Positions 48,790 to 57,051 of a DNA stretch of 64,000 nt are shown here, in pieces (within the stretch, counting starts at the first letter, position 1; every line of letters begins with the position of its first letter). The notes beneath the pieces are model-generated. The model was not told the origin of the DNA, made no database searches, and saw only the letters and a list, made by a program, of their open reading frames with translations. The DNA is from a virus: the IMG/VR virus record IMGVR_UViG_3300038701_000531, positions 1,438 through 65,437 of that record. The stretch is one strand, 5' to 3'. The translations under genes and the position numbers were made by a program.

Positions 48790-49453
48790 CTACACCTCCT
48801 TAGGGATAAAATCCCATCCCAATTGTTTATAAGATTTACCTAACCATTCTAGAGGTATTACCCCCTTTCTTGGTTTTGTTAATATATGATTATTCTTATT
48901 CCTGCATCTATTTCTTAAAGTTCTGCTATCAATATGATTAGCTTTAGCAGCTTCCCTACAAGTATCAAAATTCCCTAAAGGAGTGATCCAACTCCCTATC
49001 CAAAAAGGGCTATCTTTACCTTTAGGCTGAGATAAGTTATCAGGTCGTATACTATTAAGAAATTCTACCCTAAGACTTTTATCTTCCTCTGATAATTTTT
49101 TTATAATTATCTTTTAAAGTATTCCTCATTTTAGCAGTAGCTTCTTTACCCCTATAACCCCCCCAACCTCCTAAGGATATGTTGTAGTATTCGGGGTTAT
49201 CCACAACTGCCTGAGTAACTACTTTTTTCTCGTAGGCATAACATTCTTTAGCTGAACCCTCAAATAAAATTTCTCTTTTGAAGTTGTCCTTTCCATATTT
49301 ATCTAAGGCCACTTTAATAATAGATCCTGAACCAAAATATTTGTCATCATTTACTGTATTCTTATAAGTTCTTACCCCTATGTACTTCCTATTATTAACT
49401 AAATTAGTAGTAAGATACACAAAAGCTTTTTTACTAAAATCTGGACTAGACAA
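48790..49453 (-). pseudogene. free-standing GIY-YIG homing endonuclease, frameshifted at an A7 run (49096-49102)
   Basis: 'FVYLTTN..NNRKYIG..YFGSG'; removing one A gives a 220-aa ORF ending 'WLGKSYKQLGWDFIPKEV'. Confidence 0.8.
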
Positions 49454-49473
49454 GTTTAACCTCTATATAAAAG

Positions 49474-49809
49474 CTAATCCGCAGTCATTTTAATAACTGG
49501 GCTAAAATCATCATCCTCGTCACTATCATCATTAGAATCACTTTGACCTCTCTTGACAATACCCTGAGCTTTCTCTAAATACTTCTCAGCTTCAAAAACT
49601 AACTTAATTAAGTCTTTACTAGCTGCAACCTTTTGTGGTAATGTTAATTTGTTTTGAGGGTCTAAGACAGCAGCTATTAGATTATCTACTGCATCAGGTA
49701 AATATTGTTTACCTTTAGCCCTCACTTTCTTATGGGCTGTGGCTATATGCTTACTAGCAGGTTTATGTTCACCTGTAGGATTAGCTACCTTACCTTTTTG
49801 AAATGCCAT
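49474..49809 (-). CDS. putative terminase small subunit
   Basis: 'FQKG..ANP.G' N-terminus, helical, upstream of terL. Confidence 0.6.
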   Translation of the reverse strand: MAFQKGKVANPTGEHKPASKHIATAHKKVRAKGKQYLPDAVDNLIAAVLDPQNKLTLPQKVAASKDLIKLVFEAEKYLEKAQGIVKRGQSDSNDDSDEDDDFSPVIKMTAD

Positions 49810-49812
49810 ATA

Positions 49813-50562
49813 TTACTCCTGTGTCACACCAATCAATAATGATGCTGCATTAACTACAATCTTAGTATTAGCATTTTCACTAATACCTCTAAATTCAAAA
49901 GTAGTTCCTGCGGTATAAGGGGGTGGTGCAAAGAAAGTATCCTCTAAACTAGATTCATACAATTGGTATTCAATCAACCTGAAAGGTACTGGGTTATGAG
50001 GGGGATATACATATATACTAACATCACAATCTTTATTCTTACCTAAATAAGCTCTAACCCTATTAGCAATTAATACTTTATCTTTAGACACTGTATAAAC
50101 TGCATTATGAGATATCTCAGCTCCTTGCCCCACTTTAGCCATAATCTTAGATGCCACATTAGGAATACCTGCTGTAGCACCACCTTCCCCAGAATAAATA
50201 TAAATATCTCCTTGAGAGGCAACTCCTGATAAGTTAATAGCTTGATTAAATCTATAATAAGTACCACCTCCAACTAAAACTGGAGTAGTACCATTGGGTG
50301 TAACTGGAATAGTTATCTCTGTGAAATCGTCTGTTAGAAGTGTTAAAACGAAAGTGTTTGCTGTATCTGATGCAGAGGTAGATACTATGTATACATTCTC
50401 TGCTGTTGCTAGAGGTGTGTATAAGCCTCCGTGAGGCCATAATGTCTCCTCAGACATACCTACGTCTGGGTTAACCCCTGTTATTGTCTTAGGGACTGCG
50501 CCACCAACCCTCCCTAAAGATATATCCACTCCAGAGGAATAGATTTCATAAATACTACTCAT
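49813..50562 (-). CDS. putative virion structural protein
   Basis: 249 aa, beta-rich, 'G.NPDV....ETLW..GG.Y' motif. Confidence 0.55.
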   Translation of the reverse strand: MSSIYEIYSSGVDISLGRVGGAVPKTITGVNPDVGMSEETLWPHGGLYTPLATAENVYIVSTSASDTANTFVLTLLTDDFTEITIPVTPNGTTPVLVGGGTYYRFNQAINLSGVASQGDIYIYSGEGGATAGIPNVASKIMAKVGQGAEISHNAVYTVSKDKVLIANRVRAYLGKNKDCDVSIYVYPPHNPVPFRLIEYQLYESSLEDTFFAPPPYTAGTTFEFRGISENANTKIVVNAASLLIGVTQE

Positions 50563-50837
50563 TACTGCTCCAAAAATTTCTTTATTTTTATTGTTTTCAT
50601 CCGCTCTTTTCTTTCATACCTGAGATAAAGTATACCTTTATCATTCAAGGTTTTTATGAGCTGTCTTAATAATTTTCTGTTAAGTTTACCTACAGTATTG
50701 CAGATGTAAGCTTCGTGGTCTGATATGTAATGAATTGTGGCTGATAATATTGGACTAGACCTACGAGCATAAGAATCACCAACCTTGTAAAATCTCAATG
50801 TCTCGACTTCAGGCTTTAAGTGTATAGAAAATTCCAC
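50562..50837 (-). CDS. hypothetical protein
   Basis: 91 aa, GTG start with RBS. Confidence 0.55.
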   Translation of the reverse strand: MEFSIHLKPEVETLRFYKVGDSYARRSSPILSATIHYISDHEAYICNTVGKLNRKLLRQLIKTLNDKGILYLRYERKERMKTIKIKKFLEQ

Positions 50838-50858
50838 TTTGGTTCACCTGCTTGTGTT

Positions 50859-50934
50859 TGGTGCTACTCGTATGATTCGAACATACGACATCTACAGTAC
50901 AAATGTAGCGCTCTACCATCTGAGCTAGAGTAGC
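50859..50934 (-). tRNA. tRNA-Thr(TGT)
   Basis: GCTACTC/GAGTAGC acceptor, TTTGTAC loop, TTCGAAT, CCA. Confidence 0.92.
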
Positions 50935-50985
50935 AATTTGGTTGCGGTATAAAGAATAATTAGGTCTCTCTACACCGCTAAAATT

Positions 50986-51062
50986 TGGTACGGGATTTAG
51001 GATTCGAACCTAAGACATTATGCTCCCAAAGCATACGCACTACCTGACTGTGCTAATCCCAT
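50986..51062 (-). tRNA. tRNA-Pro(TGG)
   Basis: ATGGGAT/ATCCCGT acceptor, TTTGGGA loop, GGTTCGAATCC, CCA. Confidence 0.9.
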
Positions 51063-51244
51063 AAAAGTAAAACAGATACCTCACTGTCTAAGGAGGAGAA
51101 ATTCAGTGAGGTATCTAAACAAATCCTTTTGATAGAAGCTAGTGTGAGGAGGAGGCCATATTGACAAACTAGCTTAGGAATTTCCTGTTGAACATAATTC
51201 TTATAGGTGATAGAAACTCCATACAACAGATATTACTAAAACTC

Positions 51245-51454
51245 TTAATCATTGTCAAGGTTATTTGTAATAAAATTATTACAATCTGATATATTTAAAC
51301 TTTCTGTCAATTTCTCATGAGCATACTCTTTATCCCTAGTGTATATATAAACAGGGTTACTCTTACCTACACATTTACGACACATCCCATTATATTCTTC
51401 ATCTCTGGACATCTCTACACTATCTAAACCTACATTACAAGCTTTACATCTCAT
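51245..51454 (-). CDS. Zn-finger hypothetical protein
   Basis: CKAC...CRKC. Confidence 0.65.
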   Translation of the reverse strand: MRCKACNVGLDSVEMSRDEEYNGMCRKCVGKSNPVYIYTRDKEYAHEKLTESLNISDCNNFITNNLDND

Positions 51455-51521
51455 AATGGAAACCTTTTAAATTTATGGGGTACATACAAACTCCTTATAG
51501 TTTCTCTCAACCCTTAATTTA

Positions 51522-51550
51522 ATTATGCACTTATAATACCAACTTGTCAA
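51522..51550 (-). promoter_or_regulatory. sigma70-like leftward promoter
   Basis: TTGACA-17-CATAAT on the - strand. Confidence 0.65.
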
Positions 51551-51586
51551 CAACTATTTAATATTTTAGTTAAATTTATTAGTTCA

Positions 51587-52030
51587 CCGTGTTGTTGATA
51601 ATCGACAAGACGGTTAAATACATAAGAACACTACATACAGACTCAAAACTCCTCTGTAGCCCTTTAAAATATCCGTGTTGTTGATAATCAACATGTATTA
51701 AAAGAAGATCTAATTAAATATACTACTTAAGTTAATAACTAAATTAGCTAACTAAGTAGCTAACTAAGTTATAAAAAGAAGATACTAAACAGACGAGCTA
51801 CAAGCGAGAAAAAGAAAATAAAAAAAAACTAAGTTAGCTACTTAGATTATAATACTTAGATTATACTAACTAAGTACTAACTAAGTTATAAAAGAAAATA
51901 GCTCTCTTGTGTTATATTTAGTTTTGTCCAGACTACGAGCTAATGGCTCGTAAAAAGAAAAAAGAAAAACTCTATTGGCTAATTTTAGTTATCTACTTAA
52001 GTGATCTACTTAGTTAGTAATAATATAATT
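51587..52030. repeat. non-coding strand-switch region with iterated motifs
   Basis: CCGTGTTGTTGATAATC twice (51587, 51673); several AACTAAGT / ACTTAG(A/T)T units; two ACGAGCTA..A-tract units. Confidence 0.7.
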
Positions 52031-52084
52031 AAATTACCATTGTGGCATCTTTTACTGTGCTAAATAAATATTTAAAGAATATTC

Positions 52085-52112
52085 TTGTATTTCTCTGTAA
52101 TACGTGTATAAT
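52085..52112 (+). promoter_or_regulatory. sigma70-like rightward promoter
   Basis: TTGTAT-16-TATAAT. Confidence 0.5.
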
Positions 52113-52338
52113 TAAACTTATAAGATATATAAAATTATAAGAGGTAACTATGGAAGAATTAGGTTTAAGAGGTTCCAAGATTAATTTATTGTGTTTATGT
52201 GGCTATAGCCTGTCAGAGGCTATCACCTATGTGGATACTGAAGATGTTGAACATCAAAACACAGAAACTGTAGGATCTCAATTAACTAATACATTAATAA
52301 CTACTAATATTAAAACTAATAATTAAATAGGAGTCGCT

Positions 52339-52545
52339 ATGCCAACTTACACTTACAAGTGTACTAATAAATCATGCAGTAAGCATGAAGAGTGTTTTGA
52401 GGTGATTCAAAAGATCACAGATGATAAACTAGAGACATGTTCTGAGTGTGATACTAATTCTTTGACTAAAGTAATAGTCCCTAGTGTTGCAGGTTTTAAT
52501 TTGCAAGGTAAAGGTTGGACTAGAAAAATAGGGAGTGGAAAATGA
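52339..52545 (+). CDS. FmdB-family zinc-ribbon protein
   Basis: MPTYTYKC..C...C..C..FNLQGKGW. Confidence 0.85.
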   Translation: MPTYTYKCTNKSCSKHEECFEVIQKITDDKLETCSECDTNSLTKVIVPSVAGFNLQGKGWTRKIGSGK

Positions 52546-52811
52546 TTACAGAAATAACTAAGTGGTTTTCTAGATTAAATATCTTAAAGAAACTAGGTTG
52601 GTCTTTGAAAGTGGTATGGTGGTGGTTATACTTAAAACGTGTAACAATACAAGATCTCTACTGTATACACACTGTAGAACAACTAGAGGGTTACAAAATC
52701 AATTTTATTGTTGACAATGGTAATAAATTATATAAGAATCATGCAGAGGGATCATTTAAATTTAGATTTAATGAGATTGTAGCCTCTCAGAGCCATTCTA
52801 AGGCTAAATAA
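52542..52811 (+). CDS. hypothetical protein
   Basis: 89 aa; 3' end overlaps dispersed element C. Confidence 0.55.
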   Translation: MITEITKWFSRLNILKKLGWSLKVVWWWLYLKRVTIQDLYCIHTVEQLEGYKINFIVDNGNKLYKNHAEGSFKFRFNEIVASQSHSKAK

Positions 52812-52885
52812 GTTGTTAGTGGTAGGGTAGCTTAGGTTAACCTTTAAAAACGTTACTACGAGCTTCTGAGAAACTCTCAGAGGTA
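52780..52885. repeat. dispersed ~100-bp element (copy C)
   Basis: Arms are reverse complements of those of copy A (1268-1372); TAGGGTAG core at 52823-52830. Confidence 0.7.
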
Positions 52886-52904
52886 TTAATGAGGAGGATT
52901 TAAG

Positions 52905-53285
52905 ATGGAAGAACTAAATAAGAGAGAATATTTTTCAGTATTAACTATGGCAGCTTATCTATCAGGGAACTTAGATTATTCTGGAGTAGTAAAGCTAGCT
53001 AATATGTTTGCTTATAAAGGTACAATAAAATCAGATGAACATACTGATAGTCTTTTGAACCATTTGGAAAGTACTCAAGGTAATTGCAAATTACAAACAC
53101 TTAAGTGGATTAAGTGTAGCGATAAATTACCTTCAGGTGTTAGTGGTAATTATATGGCATTTCGTCCGAAAGCTCCTGTAGAGTCTAGAGTATCTACCCT
53201 TTGGTTTGATCCCCTTTACCAAAGGTGGTCAGGAAAGTATGCTGTGACTCATTGGGCAAGAGTGCCAAATGAACCTAATATTTAA
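52905..53285 (+). CDS. hypothetical protein with C-terminal DUF551-like domain
   Basis: WIKCSDKLP...VTHWARVP. Confidence 0.65.
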   Translation: MEELNKREYFSVLTMAAYLSGNLDYSGVVKLANMFAYKGTIKSDEHTDSLLNHLESTQGNCKLQTLKWIKCSDKLPSGVSGNYMAFRPKAPVESRVSTLWFDPLYQRWSGKYAVTHWARVPNEPNI

Positions 53286-53313
53286 TATAATTAGAAATTA
53301 AGGAGGACTTAGA

Positions 53314-53772
53314 ATGAAACATGTACAAGGTAACTTAGTATCCGCATATTTAGAAGGTGAAGTGGATATGATGCTACACGTAACCAATGCTCAAGGTGTT
53401 ATGGGAAGTGGTATTGCTAAAGAGGTTAAAGATAGAATTCCAAAAGCTTTCAGTTATTATGAGGAAGCTTATAAGAAAGGTAAATTGGATTTAGGTCTTA
53501 TTACTTCCGATGGTAAGGGGTGTTATAATTTAACAGCTCAGAAATTCTTTGGCAGAGGTTTTAGACCACTAAACTATGGTGCATTATCTGATTGTTTACA
53601 ACAAATAGATACTGAAGCTTTCCACACAACAATAGATAATTGCGGTGCTGTACCTAAGATAGGAATTCCTTACAAAATGGGGTCTGATAGGGCTGGTGGT
53701 GATTGGGAAATTGTTAAAGAGTTAGTAGAATACTACTTAAGTCATTATGAAGTTTACATCTATAAACTGTAG
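53314..53772 (+). CDS. macrodomain (ADP-ribose-processing) protein
   Basis: 'HVQGNL..HVTNAQGVMGSGIA..IGIPYKMGSDRAGGDW'. Confidence 0.88.
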   Translation: MKHVQGNLVSAYLEGEVDMMLHVTNAQGVMGSGIAKEVKDRIPKAFSYYEEAYKKGKLDLGLITSDGKGCYNLTAQKFFGRGFRPLNYGALSDCLQQIDTEAFHTTIDNCGAVPKIGIPYKMGSDRAGGDWEIVKELVEYYLSHYEVYIYKL

Positions 53773-53975
53773 TTTTCGTTAGGTAGCAACTGCCTGAACC
53801 ATTGCTAATGGTAGTGGTAACGAGACGGTAAATCCTACATACCGTAGTTGCAATGTAGGCGTTAATAACTTAAATGCTCAAATATGTGTACAAGGATACA
53901 CAAAGCCTCTTTGTGGCGCTTCCTAGGGCGCTTTAGACGTAACAGAAGCTAGGACTAATTATAGGAGGTGGTTAA

Positions 53976-54266
53976 GTGAAATCAGTATTTTATGTTTGCT
54001 CGGACATACAAGAAGCTATAAATTTTATCAGAGTTAATACAGATTGGAGTCAGAGAACAAGAGTTTCCTTTTTAAATAAGGATGAAAATATAGTAGTTAT
54101 AAATTCTTTTGAGAGAATCAGGGGCAGGATAGTAGACAAGGTTTATATTGATTATTCTTTTGAGAGTTTGAATGACAATATTCAACATAATTTTAAGGAA
54201 AGATTTAAACATCTAGGGGTTACTCCTATTAATCTAAATGAAAAAGAAGGAACACAAAATGAATAA
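53976..54266 (+). CDS. hypothetical protein
   Basis: 96 aa, RBS GGAGG. Confidence 0.6.
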   Translation: MKSVFYVCSDIQEAINFIRVNTDWSQRTRVSFLNKDENIVVINSFERIRGRIVDKVYIDYSFESLNDNIQHNFKERFKHLGVTPINLNEKEGTQNE

Positions 54267-54759
54267 ATACATGAAACAACTAGCACACCACTTTGAAGGG
54301 TGTGAATTAAAAGCTTATTTAGATACAGGTGGTGTACCTACTATAGGTTGGGGTACTACTTATTACTCAGATGGTGATAAAGTAGCTATGGGAGATATAA
54401 TTACTCACGCATATGCAGACCAAGAGTTTGACCTAGCAGTAGAGAAATTTACAAGACAAGTTAAAAAACTAGTAGAAGTTCCTTTAACTGAATATCAAGA
54501 GGGCGCTCTTATAGATTTAGCATATAATATTGGTATTAATAATTTTAAAAAGTCCACTCTACTTAAATTAGTAAACTCTAGAGATTTTGAAGGAGCTGCT
54601 CAAGAGTTTAAATGGTGGAGGAAGGATAATGGTAAGGTTATAGAAGGCTTAGTTAGAAGACGTTTATCAGAAGAAAATTTATTTAGAGGGGATACCGTTA
54701 ATTTTATTATAGAAAAACTTCCAGAAAACTGGAGAAGCTTTTATTATAACGGCAAATAA
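54259..54759 (+). CDS. endolysin, GH24 lysozyme
   Basis: E-x8-D-x5-T triad (FEGCELKAYLDTGGVPT), 'GLVRRR..E..LF'. Confidence 0.92.
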   Translation: MNKYMKQLAHHFEGCELKAYLDTGGVPTIGWGTTYYSDGDKVAMGDIITHAYADQEFDLAVEKFTRQVKKLVEVPLTEYQEGALIDLAYNIGINNFKKSTLLKLVNSRDFEGAAQEFKWWRKDNGKVIEGLVRRRLSEENLFRGDTVNFIIEKLPENWRSFYYNGK

Positions 54760-54772
54760 GAGGTAATACTTA

Positions 54773-55321
54773 ATGTCCAAACAAAGACATAGTAATAGAA
54801 GATCAAAACAGTCAAGACAACAAAAAGTGGAAAGTGGGGAAAAGAAAATAATCAAAGAAAAATTTGAGGAAGGGAGAAAAAGACCCCCAATCAAAGCTAA
54901 AACTCAGGCACAGAAATTATACCTAGAATATCTTAATAATAAACGTATGGGTAATGGTGCGTATGAGACAAACTTAAAAGACGCCTTAACAGGTAACATA
55001 GAAATTCAGGAGGTTGAGTCTATACGGGGTAGGTCTTTTGATGAGAAGAGTATGCTCATTATTGAAGAGGCTCAACAATGTACTATAGATGAAATACAGA
55101 GTATTTGTAGTAGGGTATCAGATGATTGCCAACTTATAATTTCTGGAGATCCTAAACAAAAGGATATTAAAGGTGAAAGTGGTTTAGAGTGGTTGTGCAA
55201 GTTTGTAAAGAGACACGACCTACAAAATGTTGGCTTAGTCCATTTTACAACAGATGACTGTGTAAGAGGAGGTCTAGTGAAAGATTTTCTTAAAGGTATG
55301 GATAAAGATAAAGGGGAATGA
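54773..55321 (+). CDS. phoH: PhoH-like protein lacking the Walker A segment
   Basis: 'IRGRSF..IIEEAQ..SGDPKQKD..SGL..D.VR' present; no GPAGTGKT. Confidence 0.75.
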   Translation: MSKQRHSNRRSKQSRQQKVESGEKKIIKEKFEEGRKRPPIKAKTQAQKLYLEYLNNKRMGNGAYETNLKDALTGNIEIQEVESIRGRSFDEKSMLIIEEAQQCTIDEIQSICSRVSDDCQLIISGDPKQKDIKGESGLEWLCKFVKRHDLQNVGLVHFTTDDCVRGGLVKDFLKGMDKDKGE

Positions 55322-55369
55322 TTTGGGTAGGATGTTTAAAAGCCTAACTAAACTATACGAAGGAGACTT

Positions 55370-55687
55370 ATGAATATAACAATTTTTTACTATGAAGAAC
55401 ATCTACAAAAAGCTGTAGCAATTAACAACTCAAATAACCCCTACTTAGAAGAACCACTCTCTCTTGAGAGGGCTGAGGAAGAACTAATATCTATTGTATC
55501 AGAGGATATAGAGGAACTAAATGTTGTAAGTTTCTATGGAATATTCTTTTTACCCCAAATAATTAGTGATCCAGATGAATTTGAGGATATAGGGATTATG
55601 ATGCACGTACTCCAACCTCCACTGTTTGAATTTAAGGATGAAGACCTTAAACATGTTGTACTATCTGAATCCTTAAAATCTCATTAA
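55370..55687 (+). CDS. hypothetical protein
   Basis: 105 aa, acidic. Confidence 0.65.
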   Translation: MNITIFYYEEHLQKAVAINNSNNPYLEEPLSLERAEEELISIVSEDIEELNVVSFYGIFFLPQIISDPDEFEDIGIMMHVLQPPLFEFKDEDLKHVVLSESLKSH

Positions 55688-55703
55688 AACTATAAATTAA
55701 AAC

Positions 55704-55768
55704 TTGACAAAACCTCCTAGGCTATGATACCTTTAACGTATTAATTAGTTAGGAGGTTTTTTTTTATG
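55704..55768 (+). promoter_or_regulatory. promoter with embedded anti-RBS inverted repeat and T-tract (copy 2)
   Basis: TTGACA; AAAACCTCCTA (55709-19) is the perfect complement of TAGGAGGTTTT (55750-60). Confidence 0.7.
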
Positions 55769-56011
55769 TCTTTTAAAAAGTTTACATTAAGTCCAGATGA
55801 TATAAGACCTATTGACTTGGGAATCATTGATTGTTATAGTATGCCTAAATCAAATAGAGGAGACCTTATGATCACTGAAATGACATTATATAATATTACA
55901 TATGACGATAGCAGTTATCATAAACAAATTTATGATAGTTTTGATACACTAATTAATTTAAGAAGAAGTGTAGACGTAGTTAATAAATTTATAGGAGGTT
56001 GGTATGAGTAA
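55766..56011 (+). CDS. hypothetical protein
   Basis: 81 aa. Confidence 0.6.
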   Translation: MSFKKFTLSPDDIRPIDLGIIDCYSMPKSNRGDLMITEMTLYNITYDDSSYHKQIYDSFDTLINLRRSVDVVNKFIGGWYE

Positions 56012-56228
56012 ACAGAGTACACTAAACAAAATTACATTCATATTTTTTATTTTTATATTTCTAGCAGTAATTCACTTATTAGGTAATATAGTGTATCTAG
56101 AAGAACAACTAGAAGAAATACAACAGAAAGATTATACTGTAATCTGTAAAAAGGCTTACCAAAGAGAAGTTACTATGAATTATGAGGGCTATGATTGTAT
56201 TATTTTAGGAAATAGTGATGAGATATAA
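56004..56228 (+). CDS. single-pass membrane protein
   Basis: N-terminal TM. Confidence 0.6.
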   Translation: MSKQSTLNKITFIFFIFIFLAVIHLLGNIVYLEEQLEEIQQKDYTVICKKAYQREVTMNYEGYDCIILGNSDEI

Positions 56229-57051
56229 TAAATCCCTCTTTAAGTGGGCTGGAGGTAAAGGTAAGGCACTTAAACATGTACTACCTATACTAGAGCAACA
56301 CAAGCGTAAAGTCTTCGTAGAGCCTTTTGTAGGAGCTGCTAACGTATCTTTAAACTTTGATTGTGATGAATATATTTGGAATGACATAAATAAAGAATTA
56401 ATGAACACTTATAAGTATCTATTAAGTGCTGATAAAAATAAGCAAGATTATATAAATAAGTGTAATAAGATATTCTCCTCAGGTTATGAGAGTTACTATG
56501 AATTAAGAGATAGATTCAACAATACTGAGGATAAAATTGAGAAACTAACTATACTACAATTCCTTAATAAGCACGCCTTTAACGGGCTGTATAGGACTAA
56601 TAAAAGTGGTAAATTTAATGTTCCTATAGGTACTGTAAAGAAGAATCCACCTAATGTTCCTGTAGAATCTATTGATATCTTAGTTAACCGACATAAGAAT
56701 AACACAAAATTATTATGTCAGAGTTATAACAGTGTATTTGCTGTAGCAGAGGAAATGGAGGATTGCCTTATTTACTGTGATAGTCCTTATGCGCCATTAA
56801 CTACAGAATTTAAATATTCTGCTGGGGGTTTTAATAAAGATGATCACATTAAATTAAAAGAATTAGCTAAAAATAGTAAACACACTACAATACTTAGTAA
56901 TCATTGGACAGATTTTACAAAAGAGCTTTACAAAGACGCAGATGAGTTATACACTTTCCCAGTACAGAGGACTATCTCTTGTAAAGGTGGTGATAGGAAA
57001 AAGGTTGAGGAAGTTGTAGCTGTTTATTTAGGAGAGGATAATGAGTTGTAA
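56215..57051 (+). CDS. dam: Dam-like DNA adenine methyltransferase
   Basis: KWAGGK, EPFVG, LYRTN..G.FNVP; catalytic motif reads DSPY. Confidence 0.88.
   Translation: MMRYNKSLFKWAGGKGKALKHVLPILEQHKRKVFVEPFVGAANVSLNFDCDEYIWNDINKELMNTYKYLLSADKNKQDYINKCNKIFSSGYESYYELRDRFNNTEDKIEKLTILQFLNKHAFNGLYRTNKSGKFNVPIGTVKKNPPNVPVESIDILVNRHKNNTKLLCQSYNSVFAVAEEMEDCLIYCDSPYAPLTTEFKYSAGGFNKDDHIKLKELAKNSKHTTILSNHWTDFTKELYKDADELYTFPVQRTISCKGGDRKKVEEVVAVYLGEDNEL

Noticed and set aside
50820-51070. tRNA-associated HDV-like (theta) ribozyme
   Set aside because: I could not build a nested double pseudoknot next to the tRNA 3' ends.
53791-53820. c-di-GMP-I (GEMM) riboswitch, from a resemblance of CCTGAACCATTGC..GGTAG to its P3
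   Set aside because: The upstream P1/P2 with GGCAAAC and the GNRA loop is absent; that region is macrodomain coding sequence.
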